The position numbers and the translations under genes are program-made. From Rhina ancylostomus (lineage: Eukaryota), in NCBI GenBank assembly GCA_030265395.1, contig JARFYF010000094.1, positions 33,531,913 to 33,595,912 of the forward strand: a stretch of DNA of 64,000 nt. Direction: 5' to 3'. The notes below the pieces were generated by a model, which was not told where the DNA came from, made no database searches, and was given only the letters and a program-made list of their open reading frames with translations. This document shows, piece after piece, positions 52,340 through 64,000 of the stretch (position 1 is its first letter; each line of letters starts with the position of its first letter).

Positions 52340-53071
52340 AATTCTGGGAGCTGCAAATAAGGCCAAAGAGATCTTCTACAGCAACCTTGCCTAAATCCTA
52401 GTAGGACACAAACCGATACTCTAGGGTAACTTCAAAGCTGAGGTGGATAAGACGTGGTCTACAATGAGGGAGTAGAGGAGGCCAACTCCAATGGGGTCCT
52501 CCTCCAGACAAAACGTCCAGAGTACAGACTTACATTAACCAACGCCCTGGTTCATCAGCGAACACAAGACCTTACAACAACTCCCAGGTCAAGGTATTGG
52601 CACCCATTAGATTACATCATCCTTCAGGCAATAGGCTGCAAGAACAGTTACATCATCCATGCCATGGCATATACCATTGACTGTCAACTGACTTCTACCT
52701 GTTCCATTCTGTTATCTTCATCATCTTGGCCCCCGAAAACAAGCAGCAACAGAAGCACTCCCACAAGAAAACCAAAGTCAAAACATACAAAGACCTCACA
52801 AAAGGTATCTTTGAGACAGTGCTTCACAGTCAGTCTGTTGACTCACAGCCAACAGGAGCTACAGAATGTCTGCAGCACATGGACTCCTCTGGTCTACTAT
52901 AATTAACACCTGTGAAGAGATTCTTGGTTTCTCTACCAGGACTGATTTGATGAGAATGACCAGGAGGTTGAAGAGGAAGTAATTACAAACACAAAGCCTT
53001 CCTGGACTGGATGCTCCACCATGCCTAGGAAAAAAGAACTAGCTCTACAAGTACCTGATGGTTGAGGTCTT
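52340..53071 (+). mobile_element. RTE-clade LINE endonuclease relic
   Basis: KEIFYSNL...LGNFKA.V, then in ORF 52454 NSNGVLL...LTLTNAL...PRSRYWHPLDYII, typical RTE APE motifs. Confidence 0.8.
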
Positions 53072-53594
53072 NNNNNNNNNNNNNNNNNNNNNNNNNNNNN
53101 NNNNNNNNNNNNNNNNNNNNNNNNNNNNNNNNNNNNNNNNNNNNNNNNNNNNNNNNNNNNNNNNNNNNNNNGATTTTTTTTTTCCCCCTCCCCCCCCCCC
53201 CCCCCCAACAACAATCCTGAGCATTTCATTACTGCATTTTAGATAACTGGTAAGAGTTCTTTAAACAACTTAAATGAATACAAACTTCTTATTATTCCAA
53301 CAATCTGAGATGGTTGTTTCCTTTTTTCATCAAAATGTCACTCGCATGGAATAGAACAACAAATTTGGTAATACCCAATAATTTTAATCACATAATCCAA
53401 GTAGACATGGGTTAGCATGGCTTCCCTGACAGTTTCACAAATGCAGCTTAAGATCAAAAGGCTATCCCATGTGCCCTCATATCATAAAAAATAACTATTT
53501 TATAATGATATTCAACATCTTGATCCATTATAAAATTAATCAAGCACTTTCCTTACCAACAAAGAGCAGCTGAATGGATCCAACTCAGTGGGCT

Positions 53595-53915
53595 AGCAAT
53601 GGCTCAGTTGGTACTACACTTGCCTCAGCATTAGAAACCTTTAGGCTTCAAATTCTGCTCCCAAAGTATAGGCTGATATTTCAATGCAGTTTGAAGGAAA
53701 TACCACAGTGTCAGAGTTTCAGTCTTTCAGTTCAGAAATAAAACTGAGATTTGATCTTTCCTCTCAGTTGGACAGGAAAGATTCCATGGCATTATAAGAA
53801 ATGATTTTTTTTCTTCAGTGACATATCTAATATGTATCCCTTAACCAAGATTATTAAAACAGATGCACTGGTCATCATCACATTACTGTGTATAAATAAG
53901 CTGCTGCATTTCATG
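53595..53915 (+). mobile_element. DeuSINE (SacSINE1/AmnSINE1-related), tRNA head
   Basis: Head TGGCTCAGTTGGTA...TTCAAAT; Deu-domain-like CTCTCAGTTGGACAGGAAAGATTCCATGGCATTAT...TATCCCTTAACCAA...TAAAACAGAT...CTGGTCATCATCACATT. Confidence 0.78.
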
Positions 53916-53944
53916 CTTTTCTAATTTTTTGTTGGGATATAGAT

Positions 53945-54800
53945 ATCACTGGCAAGGCCAATATTCATTGTGCATCACAATTTGCCCTTTAGGATGTAGT
54001 CTCATGCCTTGTACATGCTGGAAAAGCTTTTGTTTTCCAAGAGGTGATTAACTCACTGCTACGTATCCAATTTTAACCTGCTGTTTTAGCAAAGTATTTA
54101 AATAGCTAATTCAAATAAAAATTTCTGTTCGGTGGAGACCCTCTGAGATCCTGATCATGAGTATCCTAGTAATAGTAATCTCATGTCATGGATAGATGGT
54201 TAGACTTTCTTGTTGAAGGTAATAATTTACTGACCCTTGCATTCATGACTATTACTTACCACATCAGCCCCCACCTGAATATTGTCTGGATCTTGTTGCA
54301 TGCCATATGGGCGACATTATTTTTTTAAAATAAAGAAATAGCAAATGTGTTTCAACATTCAGCAACTATTAGTGAACATCCTTGTTTCTGATCTTTTGGT
54401 AAAATGAAAATATTAATGAAGCAGCTAAAGATAATTGGGCTTAATACACTCCCCTCAGCAGCAATACCCTGGAGCTAAGTGACGATCACAACACATTCCC
54501 TTATGCAAGATATGTCTCCAATCAGTGCATTATTTTCCCTCTGATTACCATTTACCTCAATTTTACCAGTGCTTCTGGTTACCAGACTCAGTCAAGTTTT
54601 ACCTTGACAATTGCAGTCACTTTTTATTTGTGTCTGGAACTTCGCTTGTTTGTCCACTCTTAAGCCAAAGCTGCAATTAAGACTGAAGCCAAGTGGTCCT
54701 GACAAAACCCAGAGAATGGACCAATATCCAGGTTATTGATGTCTAAGTGCGACATGCAACTGCAACTAGAAGATTGGTCTGGAAAAGATCAAGTAGGATT
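53945..54800 (-). mobile_element. Decayed minus-strand copy of the 4120-6850 LINE family
   Basis: TCACTGGCAAGGCCAATATTCATTG...ATTTGCCCTT is the reverse complement of the shared tail; RT-like relics follow. Confidence 0.65.
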
Positions 54801-55074
54801 ATCACTCTTGTTGGTCACTCACCATCTGCAAAGGACTCAGTCTTGTAAATATATCCCTCAGGATTTGGCCAGCTCAGTTAGCAGTGATACTATTGAGCCA
54901 CACATGGAAATGGACATTGAACTCCCAACCTAGTACATTTTGTGCCCCTGCTACTTCTCAGTGTTTCTTCCAAATAGTGTTCAATATAAAGGAGTACATG
55001 GAGAGATTCCTCAGCTGAGGGAGGACAGGTACCGGCTCCCAAATATTTATGAGGAGAACTCTGCAACATTGAGA

Positions 55075-55160
55075 ACAACCTTGCTATGTCTGAATATTGT
55101 TTCTCTTTCCACAAAATTTGCCTGACCGGTGGAGTGTTTCAAACATCTTCTGTTTGTATT
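55075..55160 (-). repeat. Reverse arm of the palindromic repeat
   Basis: TGTTTCTCTTTCCACAAAATTTGCCTGACCGGTGGAGTGTTTCAAACATCTTCTGTTT. Confidence 0.7.
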
Positions 55161-55759
55161 TGCCATTTCTGATTGGTTTATCCCAGGCACTCTCACCAGT
55201 TTTATTCTTTTGTATTTTAATGTGGCTATTTGACCTAAATGAATGGTTTGGATGGCTATTTGGAAGGGCATTTAAAACAAAATAAAATCAAATAGTAGTT
55301 AGGGGGGGGAATTTGAGGCATCTCGTCATTGTGAGTAACACTAGATAAATGAAAACTTTCATACTAATATAAACTAGCAACTAGACTACCAAATGTACAT
55401 NNNNNNNNNNTTTCCCTGTATTCAGGCATTTGGTTCTTGGAATCAACTTCTCTTGTCAGCTAGTCAAAAGATGGGAAGCTCAGGTGATTTTGACAGCTGA
55501 CTTGCTCATTTGGGCATGAGACATTCCCCAAGATCTGCAATAATTGAGGGGTGAATTTACCAGTAAAGAAAGAAGTTATAGTACTTTGAGAAGTGTTTTC
55601 TCTTGCGAAATTCACTGTGATTCTGAGAATTGCTTCTCCATCTGATTACAAAATTGGCATGCTATTGAAGACCAGAGCTCCAAAATTCAGTAAAGTTGTG
55701 ATCCAAGTGAAATACCAAATGGAAGCAAAAGCAGGTCTAGAGTCTGCTCCACCATCCAG

Positions 55760-57930
55760 ATTGTGAGATTGTGGTTGTACGTCAACATCACATCCTCTCC
55801 CTATCCCCTCAATTCACACAATGTTCAAAAACCTTTCAATCTCAGTCCTGAAAATGCACAGCAACTAAGCATCATAAGAGAACATCGAAGAGTCACATTC
55901 ATTAAGTGAAAAATAACTCTCTCCCCATTTCCAAATGGCTGACCACATCACAAGTTGGACGTATACAAGTTGGACATCCATAAACTGCAGAGAACCTGTA
56001 ACAATCTGGCATTCTACTGTGAAGACACAAAATATTTGTTTAAAATGCCTTCCACTTCTTTGCTCTCCATTGTAATTTCTCCTCTCCCGGCAACTAAGGG
56101 TCCCTGTATTTTCCTCTAATCTTTTTTTAGTTACCTCTTCCTAGTTAGGCACTTATAATTTCTTTATGTATTTCCTGCTAGTCTACTTTGAGGTTCTAGT
56201 TTCTCACTCTTTATCAAAGCTTTGCTGAATTTTAAAATGATGCTAATCCTCGGGTTTTCTGTTCTTTCTGGCAATATTGCATGACTCTTCTTTTAATCTA
56301 ATACAACTCTTATCTTCTCTCATTAGCTATGAATAGACCACTTTTCCAGTGGATTTCTTCTTCCTCAGGGGAATGTTTATTCAATAAGAATTATAAATTA
56401 TTTCTTTAAACATTTGCCATTATTTATCTAAAATCACTTCGGTTAATCTAATTTTTCAACCTTCCTTAGCCAACTTGCCAGTCACAACTCCTTAAATGTA
56501 TTTAAATTTAAGACACTGGCTTCAGACTAAAGCACACCCTCAAATTTGAAATGAAATGATACAATTTCATAATTATTCTTCCCCAACAGTTCCTTTAGTA
56601 CAAGATTACTAATTAATGCTACCCCACTAGAATTAAGATTGTCTGTTCCCAAATTGTTTTTTTTACAACAAACAGTTCTACAAAAGTGCCCTCAATGCAT
56701 TCTAGGAACATATTCCAACCCACTTCTGCCAGCTTGGTTTGCTCATTCTTCATGAAGATTAAGGACACCCAGTATTACTGCATTATCCTTGCCACATGAT
56801 CCTCTAAATTCCTGACTTATACATTAGGTATTTTATAAACCACTCCCACAGTATTTGCTGTTAGTTTTTAAACTTACTCACACGGACTCTGGATCCCGAT
56901 TTTATGGGCTAAGATCTTTTCTACCTACATACTTAGGTCATTGTTCATCATCAAGGCTACCCCAACTTCTGTTCCATTGCCTATACATTGTTCAAAAGTC
57001 AGGAATCCTGCCATATTCAGTTCCTAGCCTTGGTCATCTTGGAAACACAAATCAGTAATGGTTACTAAATCAAACACATTTATCTCTATTTGTCCAATTG
57101 ATTCATTTAAGTTCATACAAATTCCTTGTGCATTCAGATGCATTGCTTTCATTTTGACAATTTATTCTTTTCTCCTGATCTGGCCTTAATCACTAATGCT
57201 CTATTACAGTCTGTGACACAGTCAACTTGATTTTACTTGAATTGTTCCACATTCTAAAGTCTTCACTTTTATCTTCAGATTTTTGAATTTACCCTTACCT
57301 AAATCTTTCCTACCCCAACTAATTTCACAATGTTTCAAACACCCATATTATTTGATTTGAGAGGGTTAGTGGTCACGAGTAGTTTTAAGTGGTGTCTGTC
57401 CCAACAGAACAGCTCCCTTCATGCTCGGTAATGCTCCACTGCATTTACTTTTTCCTTAAATTCCTTGTTCTATCTGTCTCAATGCCAATTTGCTCAGAGG
57501 TAGTAATCAAGAGATTGTTACCTTTTAAGACCTGCTTTTCAATTTACAACTAGTTCTTAAACTGCCTCAACAAAATCTCATTTCTCATTCTAATTATGTC
57601 ACTGGCTCTAACTCAATCCTCCTTTTCTTTCCCCAACCTCTTTTTTAGCTCGGGAATTAGCAAGACAACACAGCAGGACACTGAGTCATGGCTGCTGAAG
57701 ATAGAAATTTATCCTCCTGTCTTTATAACCCATTATCTCTTCCATTTTTTAAAAATCATTCTCACAACTTGCAGCTTCCTGTACCACAGGGGTGCAGTTC
57801 AACTGTCCTCCCTCCTTTGTTAGGCTTTGTTCTCAGCCACACCAGTAGCAAGTATTTTGAAATTCTTGGACAATGGAACAGGTTCACATTTTNNNNNNNN
57901 NNNNNNNNNNNNNNNNNCTGCCTGAGTCAA
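55760..57930 (-). mobile_element. Old decayed CR1 LINE (ORF2 and ORF1 relics)
   Basis: Reverse complement parallels the plus-strand CR1 copies, e.g. GGGTGTCCTTAATCTTCATGAAGAATG (GDFNLH.DW-like) at about 56745-56770 and GGTAACAATCTCTTGATTACTACC (VIISGLLP-like) at about 57500. Confidence 0.65.
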
Positions 57931-58949
57931 GGTCATGGATTCCTATCTGTGACTTTAATGAAGTACAAACTGCTAACCAACCAGAAGTATAACTGCTCGA
58001 ATCAAAATGTGCAGGTAACCCTCCAGCTCCCTGAAGCATCAGAATATTTGCACTTCAAATTCTGAATCAATGACTCCAAGCCAGGTTTCTTGAGTTGCAA
58101 AAGTGAAGATATAGTTGATTGGCAGTATGTTGCTCTCCACTAAGTTCAACATGCTGTGAATGTGGCAAACTTCTGGCATTCTTATCTCTATCAAACCTTG
58201 TTTTACATATTATATAAATAGCATGATTCATATTTAACTTGGTTTATTGTTAGTTTTTAAAAACTAATTGAACTGGTTTAAATTTTTATTTTAATAAAGA
58301 GTTAATGGCTCCTGATTTTAATACCAAGTGCCTCAAGTTTACACAAACTATTTTAAAACATGAAAAGCAGAACCACCTTCCCTTTCTGCATGTTTTGGTC
58401 CATGATAATGCTGTATCAAATCAGGAAAAATCACAGTACCCTTGCTAGCATCAGAACATGGGGCCAATTGATATTAATTAGCAGTAACTGATCAATTTCA
58501 GAAAGGGTAATTCATGAATCCATTGCTCTGTGGGAGTCATGCCCAAAGGAAGGGTTGGTCAGATTTATTGATGCAACATTGCTGTACCAATTCACTATCA
58601 GTGTTTCTAGCAAGGTTGCCACTGGGAGCATGGAACAATGAAATTTATCTCAAAGATTCCTTCATACTTAATGTGCGGTCAAAAACTAACATTCTATATA
58701 GTTTGGACATTGTATGAACAGAGTAGAAGAGGCCTAAATTTTATATTTAGTTCATATTACTTAACCAGGAATATCTAATCTCAAATAGTTCAATTTTTCT
58801 CAAATCACAAAAGCAAAATTCGAAAGATTAGTAAGTTTTGGCTTGATGTAATAGGGCAAAAGAAAAAGCAGTCATGGGAGGAAGTGAGAATGGGAAAACA
58901 AAACTACGCACAGACGACCCACAGTGGATCTGTCCAGAAAAATAAGAAG

Positions 58950-59180
58950 GGCACCTTGACTCCAACTTGCAGCAGATTGTAGTGTAAACGAGAGCACGCA
59001 ATTAGTGCTGAATTATGGGCAGTTCTGTGATGCAGGCTCACTGGGCTGAAACTGTCCAAAGTCAATTCACTCAGGGCTTTCCAGCTAATAGATAATGGAA
59101 ACTTCCACTCAATCAGCCTTCATTGGATTTGAACCGAGGTCCCAAAGGTGAAAGAAAAGTGTGCTAACGTACTGCACCTC
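58950..59180 (-). mobile_element. LF-SINE-like tRNA-derived SINE
   Basis: Minus strand CTTTCACCTTTGGGACCTCGGTTCAAATCCA...GTGAATTGAC...TCAGCCCAGT...CATCACAGAAC...GCACTAATTG follows the block order of the LF-SINE consensus as I recall it. Confidence 0.65.
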
Positions 59181-60329
59181 CCGTTTCTTTCAACTTAAAA
59201 TGTAAATTAGATTTAGAGAGAAATCACGGGGATTGTGGTGACCTTGGCTACCCTGCTAATGGGCATATTCTTATCCAGATTTGATTGCCATGCTGTCTGT
59301 ACTTTCTGCCTAATTGGAATAACTGGACATCTCACTTACCACAGGGGTGTTATACTATCACAACTGGGTTCCCATTGCTGTCCTATAATTATTTTTTTCC
59401 GACCTACAATGTAGAACTAAGATGTTATGTTGTTTCTGCAAGGATATTTGAGACTTTGCAAAGTTGATCAATTTCATGAAAACTGCCCTTCTAGTCAGAC
59501 CACTGATCGCTAACCTTCACCCTTGGATTCTGACCAATAATTAAACCAATGCAACATCCATGTACCCATGATATTAAATTCCACTAAGAAAATCAGAACA
59601 ACCCCACAGCAAATAAAACTTTTTTTGTCTCTTCCTCTCTTAAATGTATGTTTTGTTTAAGTGGGTTCAACTCAATGTTACTCTTATAGTCACTCTTGGA
59701 GACCTTCCCAAAAATGCTTAGCATTCATATAATATTCAACAATTAGTACTGGTTGTGTAGAAAACATCAATGAAAAACACATCAGATTCAATCATAAGAT
59801 ATTACAGCGAGGAAGGAAGCTATTCAGTTTATCAAAACTCTGCCAGCTCTACAGTGGAGCATCTTATTCAATGGTGTACAAAATACAGCTTGGTCCACCC
59901 CATCTCAGTGAGTGGTGAGCTGGCCACACTCACCCCTCCCATACCTACACCCACCTAACATGAGCTCTGAAGCTGGTTCCTGATCAACGAGGCCCTGTAA
60001 AGCACAGAGCCTTGCCATGGAAAATGCTTGGCTTCAAAATGATTTGATAGCTGGCTAAGTTGCACCTCCAACCTTAATAACGGTCATATGTCTGACACTC
60101 AGAAACAGTTAAAAATATTCAGAAATATTAAACATTAATTGTAGTGTTTAAAAAATTAAAAATGAAAGCTAATTTAAAAATATTAGAATTAAAACACAAA
60201 TGCCAAAACAGAAACAATGTTCAAATACATTTAACAATTAAATGTATTTAAATTAACCATTAATTCAAATAATATGAATTAATTAAAATTCACCTACTTC
60301 CCTCAAAATTATTCTAATCATCAATTTCA

Positions 60330-61420
60330 TATCTGATCCAACTGAGCGGCCTTTAGAAATTATTCAGATTGTCACTCTAGCCCATCCCACAAAATATTTG
60401 TGGAGTACTGTTCCAGTTAGTCCTTCTTACCCTCTCTAACCATACGTTCTGATAATTTGTTCCTTCGAGTATTATCTCACCCTCTCTTAGATCCACAACC
60501 ATTCAGGCAAAGCTTTCCGAATTCCAACCACTCATTGTTGCATTCATTTCTTTTGCTGATGATCAACCTGTGTTCTCTTGGTAATGACCTTTCAGCTAAT
60601 GGAACATGCTTTATTGTACTTCCTCAAATGATTTAAAATTATTTCCATGAACCCCGCCTCCCCATCTTAGCCTTCTGTGATCAACAGTCTCTCCATATAA
60701 CCACAATCTCTTCTACCTGAAACGATTTTACAAATTTTTTTTTGTTATTTTCTCAAGATATTATCCTTCCTGAAATATCATATTTAGGTGAGAGCCACCA
60801 GTACATATACAGGTTTTGCATAATTTTGTGGCTTTTAGATTTCATGTCCTAAAAATCTCAAGATGCCATGTGCTTCATTAACTGCTTTGTTAACCTGCCC
60901 AGTCACGCTCACTATTGCCCCTAAAATTCTCCTGTCTTATAGCACCTTTAGAATTGTGTCATTTAGTATTATGTTTAATCTCATCGCATTTTTCCTAGCA
61001 AAATGTATGATCTCCCAAGTTTTCTCACTGAATTTCATCAGCCATACAGTTGTTCATTCCACTCGCTTCTCTTGCATCTTTTTGGAACCTGTCACCATCC
61101 TCCTCACCACTTCCTGCAATTCCAGGTTTTGTGTCATCGATAGTTTTTTTTAAATTGTGCTCCATAACACCAATCTAACTTAATAACACCTTCCAACACA
61201 CACTCAAGTGAAGACTCTTGGCAAGTTCCACTGTAAAATTAATAGCCAGAAGCCTCTCCTTTCTACCTCTTCTATCTAATTGGCCTCAATTTTGTTAGCA
61301 GGCCTGACATATGGTACTTATTGAATACCTTTTAAACATTCATACACATTAGCTGTAGAGCCTTCATAAACCATTTCTGTTACTTCATCAAAACAAAATC
61401 AATGCAATGTTTTCATAAAT
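60330..61420 (-). mobile_element. Old CR1-like RT fragment
   Basis: GTGTCATCGATAG (ADDT-like), AAATGTATGATCTCCCA (CE.IHF-like) and ATGGTACTTATTGAATACCTTT (KAFxKVP-like) read on the minus strand. Confidence 0.55.
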
Positions 61421-63399
61421 GCATTGAGCCACATGTATATACACTGAGATATGGTTTATTTGTAAGGCAGAGCATATACATAGTGAGCCTTCAAGGGCCT
61501 GCTGCAGACTGTTTGGCAGCATTATTGCTACATTGTTACATAGCTTCTTTCCAACATTCCAACAGGAATGAAATATGTCCCTGAAGATGGATATACTTCA
61601 CTAATTCTGCATACGGATGACACTAGTTTTTAATTAAAAAAGACATTTTTGTCTATACCCTTTTACACTCTCAACATTGAGATACAAGTAATTTAATGCC
61701 CATTTTTAACAAGTAACAACTGTAAATGTAATCTAGTAAACATTTTTTTGAAAGTTCTTAATCTCCTGTAAGGTTTTGGTGTTTAATTAACTTTTGGATT
61801 GTTTGGCTCTGGATTTGAACTCAGAAGATTGTTTCTTTGTCAGACTTCTTTGGATTCGGTCCTTCACATCTTCAAATCTACACTGGATCAAACTCAGACA
61901 CAACTTCATGACTGAGTAGTTCAACACCTAAACTTGGTTCATCTCTAGCTGTGATCGATTTAGATTTTAATCACTAATTTAAATTAAATGTCTTTTGATT
62001 TCACAAGTCACTAATGTTTTCCATCTCTCTCTACTGCAAGTTCAACTTGTTGGGAAGACTAAGAAACAAGTTGCTTTTGCTTGAAACTGTGTTTCTCCTG
62101 ATTAAGTGGCACAGGGACATTTTTGACTCAACTGTTTCTGTGCAATTCAGGAAGTAAATTCAATTGAACAAGGCTTAAGTGTGTTTAGAAGATTCTCTTC
62201 AACAAGAGTTTGTGCCTTTTCCTTTCAACTAAACATCTGGCTGTTCCACTCTGTCAAACTTTGGTTAGTGATGGCCATTGCTTTGAGAGCAACTGCCTAA
62301 ACGGACCAATCATACCCAATGCTGCAGGTGATCATACGTCCCCATGATCAATGACAGCATTGGGACCACATATTGAGGGATCTGTGAACTGCACTTATCA
62401 ATTCACAGAACTGTTGATATGTTGTTAGATCTGCCAGTAATGTAGTTTTATAGAAATAAAAATTACAGCACATAAAAACAATATCCCATGGGGACATCTT
62501 AAATCAAGCAGGTTCACTACTTTCAGCGTAACATACTTCAGTTGAACTGCGTGTTAATAATGTAAGCTCTAAATTATAAGCGTTTGATCAATTTCTGCCA
62601 TAAAGTAAATAATACCCACTAAACACATTGACGATGTGATTATGTGTGCAAAATAACAAAGAGGAAATAACTTTAGGTGAACAGGAAAAAGGTACCAGAA
62701 AGTCCCTGGTCCAAGTACCTGACACGCAAGATTTCACTGGAAAATGTGTGTAAACATTGCAAAGTATTCCCAAAATTGCATGTTAATGTACTATTTCCAC
62801 ACAGAAAACTGACAAATGGATTTTTTCTCTTCCAACTTCAAGACTAACATCTTTAAATAAAACATCTTTCACCTTACATGAGAAGATTCATCGGTGTGTT
62901 TGTGTACTTCTGGCCCAGGAGAAATATTGCTATCGTTACACTCACATACCATTTTTTTGGGGGGCTCTCACGTTCTCTTTCAACCTCCACGATACTGTTC
63001 ACCTTAAATAACAGCCCTTAAATATGCAAGATGAATGATTCTGGAGTTCAGTCATACATACCAATCTCCCAATATTGATTTGGCGGTCTTACTGTCCAAT
63101 TCCACTGAACTGTGACCCAGCTGAACTTGCTGCATGCAATAACTCAGTCACAAGTCAAAGTTGCTGACCCTTGGCACTCTGGTACAATTGACAATACATG
63201 CAAAAACCTCAGACAAACAATATTACATCCAAGTGGTCACGGAAGAATACCATGAAAAATCAGTTTTAGTGTTACAAACTCAGCCAGAACTTGCCAAGCA
63301 AGAGTCACCAATTTCTTTCAGCAATCCTAAAGATCCCATTAATTTATAAAAAATATCTTTGCAAACATGTTAAGACACAGCATCTATACAGATCCAAGA

Positions 63400-63900
63400 T
63401 ATTTATTTGCAAGATAGAAAACTTAACTTATAAATATGTTGAGTCTTCAGGCTCCTGTTACAATCTGCTTGTTCCAGTCAGTGTAATCACTACAAAGCAT
63501 GTGCACCACAGGACTTTCCTGTCCTCCAGGATCACTCTATGTTCCAGCATATAGATCCACTACATCAAGTTCATCAAACATTCCTCATTAATAAACCTTG
63601 GTCCTCCTTTCTTTCTGGACTGTTTGTTCTAAGGGCTATTCATTTTCTGCTGGTCTGTTTCAAAAATTTCCCCACCATCAATATTAAATTAATAGTTTCC
63701 AGGTTCATCCCTTTCTCTTTCTTTGAACAATGGTGCAACATTTGTAGTCCTCTAGTCTTTTTGGAACCACCTTATATTTTAGAAGGATGAGAAGATCATT
63801 GCCAGTATATCTCCAGTTTCTAATTTCATGACCCAAACATTTCCCTTTACCTTCTTAATCAACATCCACAAACACACATCATTAAGTCTAGGAGCTAATC
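63400..63900 (-). mobile_element. CR1 RT fragment
   Basis: Reverse complement gives PKRLEDYKCCTIVQRKEKGMNLETIN, resembling VPxDWxxANV.PLFKKG...PGNY, plus DQGLL (QHGF-like). Confidence 0.5.
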
Positions 63901-64000
63901 TGTGGCCAATTGTAAACCAACTCAGATCAGTAGTCTGGGAATCAAACCCAATCTGTGTGGATTGAAGATGGCATCTTCCCCTTGATTGAGTTGCTAATTC

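Noticed and set aside
1-64000. Prokaryotic systems (CRISPR, operons, phage or defence genes)
   Set aside because: The sequence is vertebrate intron; no regularly spaced repeats or dense ORFs.

Overview
Vertebrate nuclear DNA, AT-rich, from a gapped draft assembly; the repeat content (V-SINE, DeuSINE, CR1/L2/Rex1/RTE LINEs, a common palindromic repeat) suggests a shark or ray. The window lies inside a minus-strand FoxP gene, best read as FOXP1. Only one exon is supported: the first coding exon at 47742-47923, with an 11-nt 5'UTR and 57 codons. Everything else is intron, about 47.7 kb downstream and 16 kb upstream. Nearly all other ORFs in the track are transposon relics or noise. Main observations: a dense forkhead-site cluster about 3 kb upstream of the exon (candidate autoregulatory enhancer); a roughly 10-kb repeat-poor zone around the exon; an LF-SINE-like element; a 5S rRNA-derived sequence; a LINE with a SINE-like 5' head plus a matching head+tail SINE; a V-SINE whose tail matches a Rex1-type LINE; and decayed PIF/Harbinger transposase relics. 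Family calls are by eye against remembered consensus motifs, no database search was run, and repeat boundaries are approximate.
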